From the NCBI RefSeq assembly GCF_006345805.1, contig NC_043008.1, positions 23,498,001-23,562,000 of the forward strand: DNA of 64,000 bases, in the 5' to 3' direction. The stretch comes from Octopus sinensis (taxonomy: Eukaryota). Below are positions 11,990 through 23,550 of the stretch, in pieces (within the stretch, counting starts at the first letter, position 1; each line of letters opens with the position of its first letter). The notes below the pieces were generated by a model. That model had not been told where the DNA came from, searched no databases, and was given only the letters and a program-made list of their open reading frames with translations. The translations under genes and the position numbers were made by a program.

Positions 11990-13280
11990 CGAGGGACGTT
12001 CAATAAGTAATGCCTCTGACCCACTTGCAGTTATTTGATCTAGCTGAAAGTTTGCATGTGCAATCATTTATATCTCTATAGAGTAAGTGGCAAATTACAG
12101 CTCTGAATTAATTGTGGTTTCTGATTTACAGGTGTTTGAACCGAGTCAAGTGTGAAATGGTGCCTGTTGAGTGTCGAGCAGTGATCCGGTTTTCGTATTT
12201 GAAAGGACGCACACCACGGGAGACTTTTGATGAAATGAAAGTAACTTATGGTGATGATGCCCCATCATATGACCTTGTAAAACGCTGGCATCGTGAATTC
12301 AAACATGGTCGGAACTCTGTGGAAACAGCTCCCAGATCTGGTCGCCCCTTCTGCCATTGATGAGGCATCTGTCCGTCAAGTTGAGGCTGCCATTTTGGAA
12401 GATCGACGCATAATTATTCGCCAAATAGCCCATGAGGTCAAGATTAGTACAGGGTCTGTGGAAACTATCATTCATGACCATTTGCATATGCAAAAGGTGT
12501 CTGCCAGATGGATTCCCAGGTTGCTCACGCCTTTCCAGAAGCAAGAACGCGTCGAGTGCTCGAGGGTGAATTTGGAGATGTGGCAAGAAGATGAGTAAAA
12601 ATTTTTCAAAAGACTGACTACACAGGATGAAACCTGGGTCCATCACGATGATCCAGAGACCAAAGCCCAGTCAATGCAGTGGAAGCACCGTGACTCACCC
12701 CCTCCAAAGAAGGTAAGGGTGCAGCCCTCCGCTGGCAAGGTCATGCTCACAGTCTTCTGGGACCAGGACGGAGTAGTGATGACAGATTTCCTGGCAAAGG
12801 GTACCACAATTGCAGGAGCCTATTATGCTTCACTTTTGAGGAAATTAAGAGAAGTTATCAAAATAAAGAGGCGGGGCAAGATCAGCAAAGGCATCCTCCT
12901 CCTGCAGGACAACGCTCCGGTCCATAACTCGCTTGTCGCCAGATCAAAAGCACAGGCGTGCGGCTATGAACTCCTCCCCCATCCCCCCTACTTTCCTGAC
13001 CTTGCACCTTCTGATTTTCACCTCTTCCCAGCCATGAAGTTGTTTTTGAAAGGAAAGCGTTTCCCAGATGATGCAGCCTTGATTTCTGAAGTCACGTTGA
13101 GGTTAGAGGACCAAGCTGGGTTCTTCTACAAAAACGGTCTCCAGAGCCGCATCAAACGATGGGAGAAATGCGTAACTCTGGGTTGTTCCTATGTAGAAAA
13201 AGACTAATAACGGTGCCAAGTTTCGTTGCTCTACTGCTATGGGAAGTGGGTCAGGGGCATTACTTATTGAACGCCCCTCG
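11990..13280 (+). mobile_element. Mariner DNA transposon, irritans-like, copy 2
   Basis: Same TIRs as 2181-3473, TA duplication, 1291 bp, opposite orientation. Confidence 0.95.
12157..13207 (+). pseudogene. Mariner DD34D transposase (one frameshift, one stop)
   Basis: MVPVECRAVIRF..WHREFK..RSGRP; WIPRLL; TQDETWVH; LLQDNAPVH; PDLAPSDFHLF; frameshift about 12350, TAA at 12596-12598. Confidence 0.93.
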
Positions 13281-13304
13281 TAAATATATGTGTATACTTT
13301 TATT

Positions 13305-13410
13305 CTTTTATTCTTTTACTTGCTTTAGTCATTTGACTGCGGCCATGCTAGAGCACAGCCTTTAGTCGAACGAATCGACCCCAGGACTTATTCTCTATAA
13401 GCCTTCTATT
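13305..13410 (-). mobile_element. CORE-type SINE 3' fragment
   Basis: tttagtcatttgactgcggccatgctagagcac...atcgaccccaggacttattc. Confidence 0.8.
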
Positions 13411-13572
13411 TACTATTTATTGTACTTTATTGATTTTTAAAATAAATTTTTTATATAGTATATGTTTTCTATATGGTGTGAATAACATCTTCCTTTATTG
13501 AATTGTTTAATAGAGTTTTTTTCTAAATTATACACACACACACACACATACATACACACACCTATATATATA

Positions 13573-14484
13573 CTAGATTACTCGTGGCCCGTTGGGTCAC
13601 CTGGAAAGTCTGAATTTCTCAGCAAGGGAGTTTTGTTTCGTGGTTTTTTTCCCGGCGCTATTTTGTATGCTTTCAACGAATGTGACATTGAAATCACGCG
13701 TAAACGGCTCCTTTCTCCGGAAAAGGAAAGGTTTGGTTGCTGTTTCTTGCACGCCCTACTACCACGGGTCCTTTATTGCAAATACCTGTTATGTGGTAGC
13801 AGGATATGCTAGAAATAGCAGCCAAATCTTTGGAGCTGAGATACGTTGAATGCACTCGAAAAACCCCATTGAAAAAAATTATTTCACACCGAGGTTAGGA
13901 ACAGGTCTTTTACGAAATATTTACCGTATTTTTAACACCATTTTTACTTTAAAATATTTCTTAAATATGCCAAAATGTTTTGTAAAGGTATTCACTTGAA
14001 AATAATAAAAAAAAACATTAAAATGTTATCTGTTTAAAGAAAGCTAAAATATAAATACTTACTGTACAAACAACTTACAGTTATGAAATCACTTTAACTT
14101 AAAAATATTTCTAAATGATTAAGATATCGTGTACGTCAAAAAGTCGGCATTTGTTTTTCTTAAAGGGAGAGAGATGGAAGACTATATGTGTGTATATGTC
14201 ACAGATAGCGTGCGTGTGTTTGTGTTGATCCCCAACCATGACATTCAATATATGTTTGTGTTCTGTATGTGTGTTTACGTCACAGAAGCCATGTGTTTTT
14301 TCGTCAAGAAACAACAAACAAATTGTTCTTAATCGTTTTCATCAATAAATATAGGTCCAAATATCACAAAGCCTCATACTGCACTGCATAAAGTATGAAA
14401 AAATATATATGAAAAAAATTAATAAAATATACTATTTCTGAGATATTTCGGGAACAAATATCTAAACTTTTAGCATTATTTAGA
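13573..14484 (-). mobile_element. Non-autonomous Helitron-like element
   Basis: Minus-strand 3' end ..GGGCCACGAGTAATCTAG|T and 5' A|TCTAAATAAT start; no ORF. Confidence 0.5.
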
Positions 14485-14486
14485 TA

Positions 14487-14496
14487 TGTGTGTATG

Positions 14497-14579
<83 letters not shown>

Positions 14580-14590
14580 ATGTGTGTGTA
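14487..14590 (+). repeat. (TG)n microsatellite
   Basis: Direct inspection. Confidence 0.95.
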
Positions 14591-14593
14591 AAA

Positions 14594-14915
14594 GTGCGTG
14601 GCTTAGCGGCTAGGGTATTCAGCTCAGATCGGAAGTTTGTGAGTTCGATTACCTGCAATGCGTTGAGTTCTTGAGCAAGACGCTTCGTTTTGCGTTACTC
14701 CAGTCCACTCAGCTAGAAAAAATGAGTGGTATCTGCATTTCAAAGAGCCATCCTTGCCACATTTCGTGTCACACTGAATCTGTCTGAGAATTACGTTAAG
14801 GTTGCGCGTGTCTGTGGAGTGCTCAGTCACTTGCGCGTTAAGTTCCCATGCAGGCTGCTTTGTTTATGGGATCAACTGGAACCTTCGTCGTTGTAAACGA
14901 CGGAGTACCAAAGAT
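14594..14915 (+). mobile_element. tRNA-derived SINE (family C)
   Basis: A/B-box-like head GTGCGTGGCTTAGCGG..GAGTTCGATTACC, CTTGAGCAAG and CTCCAGTCCACTCAGCT motifs; homologous to 45690-45985. Confidence 0.75.
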
Positions 14916-15070
14916 TTATATATATATATATATATTTGTATATAAATATAGGAATGATATTATTAAAATACCATCACGAGTGGTAAGCGAATTATCAGCC
15001 GTACAGGCAAATTAATAGAATATATACATACATAATATATACATACAAAATATATACATACATAATATAT

Positions 15071-15113
<43 letters not shown>

Positions 15114-15399
15114 TATATATCTGCATATATACATATGTACATGCGCGTGTGCGTGTGTGTGCGTGTCCGTATTTCAACGTCTGCTCCTAAGTGTGTAGCT
15201 TAACAATAAGCGTCCAGATTACTATCTGTCTATGCCGGCTCCTCCTTATTTATTTTTTGATAAACCAGTAGCAAGTAACTAATAGTTAGTTGCAACTGCT
15301 TTATCCCTATTTCCTTAGTTACTAGAAGATTTTCTAACGAATATACACTTTTGAAGATCTGAAGTTGTTGCCTATTCAGTCCGTTTCTACTCTCCTGTA

Positions 15400-15800
15400 T
15401 GTTTTCGTGACATGGACCACATAGAGTCTACAAATAATGATTCTTGAGTATCATTTAGTGTATCAAGAAGATCGTTTTAGTCATCTTGCAAGACACGATT
15501 ATGCATACGAAGTCTTGCTTCGAATTCGAACTAACATGAATATCATTGAAACTGCACTATACAGGCATCAATTCCGACGACTCGAACATAATGCACTCAT
15601 GTATGAATGCTGTATGGTGAACTACATCATGCTCAACACCTGGATGGAAGGTCAAATAAGCTGTTCAAGCAGTAAATGAAAACCAATGAGTAATATCAAT
15701 TCTTCGACAGTGGAAAGCATCACAACGCGACGTTCAGTTTGGAAGAGAATTAAAGGTCAGCAGGAGAAACGCATTCGATACTTGAAGGAGAAACGAGAAA
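15400..15800 (+). mobile_element. Decayed RTE-like LINE 3' fragment
   Basis: YEVLLRIRTNMNIIETALYRHQFRRLEH resembles RTE C-terminal TN.EVL...IE.....QLRWLGH. Confidence 0.5.
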
Positions 15801-16130
15801 AAACACCTATATGTATTGTTACATTTCGCTTCACTAACAATATATTAAAATGGCTTACCTGTAGGCAAAACTGTACACGAAAGATTCAATGTACAACCAT
15901 CAATTGATCCACAGTTCTTGCAGAAGTTTGTCATAATCGGATTTTATGAATAAACAGAAGTCATCTGTGTGTGAGCGAAAGTGCATATACTTTATTTTCA
16001 TATTTTCCATACATGTAAAGTTAAATATATGTTTGATTCATATATCAATATACATGTGAATGCATTCATGTCCATTTATTTCTCTCACTGAATTCTCATC
16101 CATGTACTTTCAGGTATGCGATTGTTCATA

Positions 16131-16191
<61 letters not shown>

Positions 16192-16442
16192 CCGCAAACA
16201 CGCACACACACACCCACTCACACACCCACACGCACGCACACACACACACACACACACATACGTGCATGCACAAAGGAGCACATACGTAAAATGCATCCAT
16301 GCACACCCACACATAAAACCACTACTATTAACACGAACGACTAAGATAATATAATTAAAATGCTTTGCAACTGAATATGTGGAACTTATAGAAATCTATA
16401 TTGTTCAAGAATTACTAGAAGAAAATGAAGTACGAAGAAGTT

Positions 16443-16443
16443 G

Positions 16444-16526
<83 letters not shown>

Positions 16527-16600
16527 ACCGCTGCTGCTGCTACTGCTGCTGCTACTGCTACTGCTGCTACCGCTGCTGCTGCTGCTGCTGCTGCGGCTGC
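16443..16600 (+). repeat. Compound (TAC)n-(TGC)n trinucleotide repeat
   Basis: Direct inspection. Confidence 0.95.
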
Positions 16601-16739
16601 TACGTATTCATTTCATATAGATATTTTAATTGAGTAACATTTTAAGAATAAATTGCCAGGTATGGTTGCCTGAATTTCCTCTTGTCCTCTATAAATGACA
16701 TTATAATATTGATGAGAAATCCTGAAATGTCTTTTGGTT

Positions 16740-16927
16740 TTCTATAAGCATATATGCATCCATGTGTCTATAGATACATATAAATATATATTTCATGCAT
16801 CACACACATGTATATATAATATGCATATGTGTATATATATGCATATATACATATGTATATATATACACACATGCACACACACATATATGTGCTATTTGAC
16901 CTATTCTTATATAGATACATATATATA

Positions 16928-16989
<62 letters not shown>

Positions 16990-17018
16990 TACATATACAT
17001 ATATATATACATACATAT

Positions 17019-17084
<66 letters not shown>

Positions 17085-17115
17085 CATACATATACATATA
17101 TATATACATACATAT

Positions 17116-17198
<83 letters not shown>

Positions 17199-17218
17199 CA
17201 AACATACAGGCACATTTG

Positions 17219-17262
<44 letters not shown>

Positions 17263-17290
17263 TGTGTATGAATGTATATATGTGCGCTAT
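16740..17290. repeat. Long degenerate (TA)/(CA)/(TG) microsatellite field
   Basis: Direct inspection; source of YI/CV pseudo-ORFs. Confidence 0.9.
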
Positions 17291-17483
17291 TTGAGCTATT
17301 CTTATATCTATGCGCATGCCCATATCCGCCAATATTCTAACAATATTACTCCAGGAAAATTTGATTAAACAAGAAACTTGAAGTGGTAGGAGTTTTAAAA
17401 GTGCGAAAATTGCGCGCGCCAATGTGTGTATGTGTGTGCATACGTGCGTTCTTCTTTCGTGTGTGCGTGCACGTGCGTGTGTG

Positions 17484-17526
<43 letters not shown>

Positions 17527-18539
17527 CCAGGCATGTGTGCTTACGTAAATTCGTGGTGTAATTTTATGAAAACACCTGCAATTGTTGTGTAGTGGGCGCT
17601 AATCGAATTAATCGAAATTTACTCCTCTTCATTAAATTCATAAAATATACAATATGAACATATATTAACTATGCTAGTGCATGCTAAGTATACATATGCA
17701 ACCACACACTTATATACAAATACATCAATACCTGTGTGCACAAACATTAACAAATATGCGTACATAACCATCTATTCGTCCATCCATCCATCCATCCATC
17801 CATACGTACATACATGCATGCATACATACATATATACATACATACGTACGTACATACATACGTACATACATACGTAATATGGTTGTCGGAACTTTCCGCA
17901 TAGAAGAAATCAATGTGTTTGCTGTAGCAGTACTCATGCTGACATTCTGATTACTGAACTTAACACGAAAGAAAGATGGTAGAGTCAAAAAGCCTTGTAA
18001 TATCTCCTCATATTCCATCGATAACATGTTCCAGCTACTATGTTCTTTTATGAATCAAGTCTAATACATAGCACAGATAATATGGGATTTAGAAAGGCCA
18101 TCTTCGGAAAATATTCCCCCGCTGATTACCTGAGATACACACCAGAGAAGTTGCATAACTCTATAGTAAATGATCTGAAAAGTAGTTGAACATTGAGAAG
18201 GAGAATACTAGTAAGTAATTCCTTCGAGTCGCATGGATACTCTACCAATTAACAGCTATAATTAAGGATGCACTGAACTATGACAATTTCGAAAAGCTAG
18301 AACTTTCATGTAGAAAATGTAAGCTTTTGAGAGATACTTTACAAACACAATCCTTACGCCGCACAGTAAGATATGCAGGACTTTTCTAAAAGTTCAACAT
18401 AAGATATTTGTTTTTCTTGTCCTAACTCCAGCAATGCATCTTGGTTACTTTGTTGAAAACCAAGTTCCATTCTATAGAAAATTCAAATAATAAAAAAACA
18501 AGCCATACATCGATACATGCATACAAGCAAATAAACATA

Positions 18540-19990
18540 CTTACATGCAGATATAGGTACCTGGAAGAGACCTAATAGCTGGATTCTGGTTCAAGAGGTC
18601 GACTTTTTACAGAAAGCCATTAATATGTTTATTCAAAAGCCAGATTGATATAACAGATTGGCACGAACGAATTTTTTTTTTTTGCCAAAAATGAAACCGC
18701 CGAGTTGGCAGAAAACAATAGACCCATTTATTTCCTAAACATTAAATATAAGCTGTACAAAAAACTGTATCAATCAATTCCTGCAGGATCATAGTGAGTC
18801 CAACAACACAGTGACTATTGAAGAAAGGGAGTGTGGGAATGTGCTGAACAACTTATGAAAAACAAAGCTGTACTGTTGGAAGTAAGAAAACACCGGTGAA
18901 ACCTTATGTCAGTATGAAATTATTTATAGCAAGAATTCGACCCTATTTTGCTAAAGTTCCTGCGCTTGGCAAATGTACTACTCTTATTTCACACAGAGAA
19001 TACTATAAGTACCTAAGCATTGAAGGAAACATACAAAGGTGCGGTGAATGAAGACTCGATAATATTACACCAGACTTTAAAAAAATTTGGCAGTCGGAAC
19101 ACCTCTCTTATAACAAAACAACATCCCACAATTCATTTATAGTACCGGTGCTGATACCAACATTTAAGGACTTTACTGGTCTGCAGAGAAAATCCACTCC
19201 ACAGACAACAGGAAACTTCCAAAGGAATAATGATATTGACAGGCTCTATCTAAGAAAAGATAAAGGAGTTTTCAGATCAGAACAAACAGCCCTCGAATGT
19301 CGGATAATATATTTCAGAGAGCACCTGCTAAACAACAGCAACAAAAATAAATATATAAACCTACTGCTGGGAAGCGAAGTGAAAACATCCTACTCTCTTT
19401 CTGGCGATCTCTCATACAACCCCAAAACAGTTGGATTAACGTACCGCGAAGAAGATTTGAATATGAAGTGTTCAGCATACATAAAAGGTTTATGCGTGAA
19501 TATATTTCCTGGACACATGAAGATGGCTGTAATATTGACATGAGATACAACCTTTCTTAGACTCGTGACCGGGGAATTATATCACACTTCAAAAACTATG
19601 CGTTTGCAATTCACGAAGAGGAGACTGATAAAAAATTCTAAATAACCAAAAGAGACAGTGAAATCTTTAGAGACCCATAGTGCAATGGAAAATGTAGATT
19701 ATGTCACACTTCTGTAGAAGATAGCACACATGTTATCACCGGCTACCCAAAAATGTTATCAAAGTATTACTATCCTATGTGATACTATATTTTCACTAAA
19801 ACAATATACAATACCATCTAAAAACTAAAACATATCCTCTAAAAACCCCAATTGCCCTGAGATAAATACAGAGAAAACCTCTGCATTGACTACATACATA
19901 AACATCAACACAACGAATATTGGTATAACATTCCCATCAAAACATCTGTCATGTGTAAACATAACAGACCGAATATTGTTGCTTAGGAGC
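18540..19990 (+). mobile_element. Decayed R4/Dong-like LINE (RT to RLE)
   Basis: PGRDLIAGFWFKR; EQLMKNKAVLLEV; TGNFQRNNDIDRLYLRK; CRLC; NIPIKTSVMCKHNRPN. Confidence 0.7.
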
Positions 19991-20405
19991 AGGGCTGGAC
20001 TAAGACCCATCGAGGCCCTAAACACTTAAAAGATTTTGGTGCCCCATAAAAGATAATGTAATTCAAAATATAAACAATAAAAAAACATAATATAAATGTT
20101 TTTCTAAACGAAACAAAACAGTAAGAGGGAAAATAATGTTTATTTTCGTATACGTCCACTTTATTTATATTTGAAAAGTATCCTCCTAATTTTTTGAATT
20201 GTAAAGATCTTCAAAATTAATCTTAGGTAATACATCTGTATTTATACTTAGTAGAGATAAAGGCACACCAAATATTATTTTATCAAGTTTAAAGTGATTC
20301 CTTTAGTGCCGTAAACCATTTACCATTTTTGTAGTGTTCCCTCCTTCCCTTGATGCCATAAGCACGTGCTTATTTTGCTTCAACCTTCATGCTCACTAGT
20401 CACTG
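19989..20405. mobile_element. Possible hAT-like non-autonomous element
   Basis: Starts CAGGGCTGGACTAAG..GGCCC, ends ..GCACGTGCTTATTTTGC..CACTG; TIR match only partial. Confidence 0.35.
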
Positions 20406-21123
20406 TGTTGTTGGAATCACTATGATCCTGGAGGAATTGATTGACAGTTTTTGTACAGCTTGTAAAATGCTTAGGAAATAAATGGGTTTATAGTTTTCTG
20501 CCAACTCGGAGGTTTCATTCCTGGATACTGTCACCAACCTCCATGAGTATTGCCGCCTACCACCAATCTCCTGAATCTGTAGAGTCTGACACCTATAGTC
20601 TTGTGCACCCCAAACCCTTAATTCCCCCTACTTATACGGGGCGCACATGCATAAGCAATCACATATGAACACACACAGAAGAATCCTCGTGCACGCAGCC
20701 CTCTGCCACATACGCCTATACACATGGAGGGCCGATAGGCCAGACGAGGTAAGGTAGAGAACACTGGAGGAACATAGCCTTTGACAAGAGAAAAGATAGA
20801 AAAGGAGACAGATAAGAATGCGTCTGTTTTGTACGACAGACTGAAGGAAAAGAACGATGATCACGCGAGGGCAAGAAACATGGACAACGGGAGAGAGTAA
20901 AGGAGAAGAAAGAGAGAGACAGGTAGAAAACGGTGAAGGGGAGAGAAAGAATTAGAGAAAGGATGAGAGAGAAAAACGAAAGAGGAAAATGAGTTATGGA
21001 AAGGAAGTGAGAGAATACGAAAGGGGTTAGAGAGAACAGTACAGGGTAGAGTCGCATCAAAATTATTTCGTATTTCACATTTCATGTTCTTTACGTTTTG
21101 TGACGTCCTGTACATATATATGC

Positions 21124-21124
<1 letters not shown>

Positions 21125-21212
<88 letters not shown>

Positions 21213-21229
21213 CCTACCTACCTACCTAC

Positions 21230-21309
<80 letters not shown>
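21125..21309. repeat. Compound (TATC)n(TACC)n(TC)n(TA)n microsatellite
   Basis: Direct inspection. Confidence 0.95.
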
Positions 21310-21310
<1 letters not shown>

Positions 21311-21631
21311 GTCAGGTATACTTGCCATCTCAATATGGCTAACCACTAAGGGTGGGTGTTACTGTAGCTTGTAGTTCCAGGAGAACATCGTCTCCAGCTG
21401 GCTTTAGTCACACTTTCTGTGCACTTTTGGTATTTGCAAAGGGAGGTCATCCTTCCCTCGTCAACCTAAGTGATACGCACGGACTGTAGTTTCTAGGTAT
21501 TGACCTGTCCTCAGCGTACGACAATCACCGGTTTTCGATGAAAGGAGTCTCAATGCAAATACTTATATCGATTTTCCAGTAACTTTTCGTCACTGATCTC
21601 GAAAAACTGTATGCAAGCAATAATAAATCTC
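21308..21631 (-). mobile_element. Retrozyme-like HHR monomer, inverted copy (~0.9 unit, uninterrupted)
   Basis: Reverse complement of the joined sequence 21745-21849 + 27210-27380 + 21660-21712; contains HHR and empty LINE target site. Confidence 0.85.
21476..21520 (-). ncRNA. Type-I hammerhead ribozyme, canonical core
   Basis: Minus strand: cgtacg-CTGAGGA-c-aggt-caat-acct-a-GAAAC-TACA-GTC-cgtgcg; 6-bp stem I. Confidence 0.85.
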
Positions 21632-21849
21632 GATGTTCTCCTAGGGCTACAAGTAACAGTAACACCCACCCTTAGTGGTTAGCCATATTGAGATGGCAAG
21701 TATACCTCACATTGTCGTGCAGCTACTGTTTATACCTCGTTCAGAGATTTATTATTGCTTGCAGACAGTTTTTCGAGATCAGTGACGAAAAGTTACTGGA
21801 AAAACGATATAAGTATTTGCATTGGGACTCCTTTCATCGAAAACCGGTG
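21632..21849 (+). mobile_element. Retrozyme-like monomer, direct copy, 5' part (upstream of LINE insertion)
   Basis: Continues at 27210 after the 14-bp TSD; reconstructed monomer about 353 nt. Confidence 0.85.
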
Positions 21850-22090
21850 TTTTGACTCGTCTAGGGACCCCTCTTTCATCTGCGTATTGAGAAGTTAGCT
21901 GCCTATTTTGTTGAGTGAGTTCGTTTTTTGTTCGTCGTTGTTTGTGTTTGCTCGTGAATTGAACAGTTGTCCGTTGTGTGACAGTAATTTTCGCCCTACG
22001 GGGCTGAAAATTCTGTGTATAAACATTGTTATTACCTTCGGGGTAATTTTTTTTTTTTCTTTTGAAAAATTGGTTCTCATAATTTGAGAA

Positions 22091-23525
22091 ATGGAGTTCG
22101 ACTTGGCGTCGAGGAGCGACTTTCCCGTGATGGGAAAATGTGAACAGAAGGATATCGAGGTTAGAAAACAGTCTTTTTCGGCCGCAGTGGGCGGAACCGT
22201 AATGGAAGTGGAATTCAAAATAGAACAGTTGTTCGAATACCGGAACTTGGTCAAAAAGGAAGGCAACGAAATAAAACTGGTACCGCCGCAAGCGATATTA
22301 CAGGAAATAAAGGCCAAGACAGTCGTGTACAAGGTTTACAGTAACAAAGAGAAAAAAATAATGGACGTGAAGAACGTAATAGTAGAGAAGTGCTTGTCCC
22401 CGGTGTGGAGCAAAATTCGCTACGTCGGTCGAGGTGCCCGCAGCGCTACTGTTGAAGCACATTTCTACTCGGCTGATGTGGCAAGAGAGATTTCATCGAT
22501 GACCTTAAAAAGTGAGGACATCATGTTACTACCTACCTATATGGGCAAAAGAACTGCGAAACTATATGTGGAAGATACCAAGAGGATATGATATAATGTG
22601 GGTAGCAGCGGCGGTTCTGCACGACGTAGAGCAGAAAGTCTCAATTCTGCAGATGAAAAGGAAAGAGGAGGTAAACTGGAAGGGACAAGCGCTCGAACTC
22701 CTCGTTCAAGCAGAAAATAATGTGCTAGAAATCTTACCCGATAGGGTATTTATTGAGGAGGGAATTACAATGAGAGTGTCAGTGGAGGGACGCAGACCTA
22801 GGTTTTTCAAATGTGGTGAAAAGGGTCACGTCCGCTCGAACTGCATAAAAAAAAAGAAAAACAGCGAAGCCCCTCCTCAAAGTGCTTCAAACACAGAAAA
22901 AGAAAAGGCGGAAAAAGACCCCAAGACTGCGACAAGGAAGGGAATCGAAACGGAAGATAAAAATGAACAAATGGAATTTACACAGGTAACACACAAAAGA
23001 AAAAAAGAAAATACCCTGGACTCCCCTCCCCAAACAAAGAAAAAATCAGCAAACACCGCAGAGATACATACAAAACAAATTCCCCAGCCCTACCCCCACG
23101 GCACTGTATTCATTGGAAAATAGTTCGCCAAGCCCCTCCCCATAAAACAAGATTGGAAAAAATTGATGAAAAAAAATGAAAAGATTGTAGCATTCGACGA
23201 GAGGAACGATAGAGTGTTTAAGTATTTAAAATTTTCAAAACTGAAATTATTCAGTAAGTCTGCAGGCACTAAGTCGACCACTTGTTTTGCAAAAATAAAG
23301 GAAGACGAGTGGAAGGAAAAAACACTCCAAGAACATTTTAAAAATAACCTTATCAGAGACGTAACTAACGAAATACTGGAAGGCAAACTTACTATAACCC
23401 CAGCAACCACACCTACCCAGAGCCCGATGGCAATGCCGGTTAAGAGCCCTGCAGCTACGACCACAAGGGAGGAAGAAGGGGAAGCATGCAGATTTAAACT
23501 GTCATGCTCCCTGTCCCAACCGTAA
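22091..23525 (+). pseudogene. Tx1 ORF1 (gag-like), one frameshift about 22580 and one stop at 23121
   Basis: ORFs 22091-22591, 22512-23123, 23163-23525; GRRPRFFKCGEKGHVRSNC (degenerate CCHC). Confidence 0.8.
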
Positions 23526-23550
23526 GTTTTTTTTTTCTCTCTCTCCGACA

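Noticed and set aside
16379-16637. Poly-Tyr/Cys and poly-Thr/Ala ORFs
   Set aside because: Products of the (TAC)n(TGC)n repeat; no splice or coding context.
20404-21080. Possible solo LTR (purine-rich, TG..CA candidates)
   Set aside because: No clear terminal inverted dinucleotides with a TSD; boundaries unsupported.
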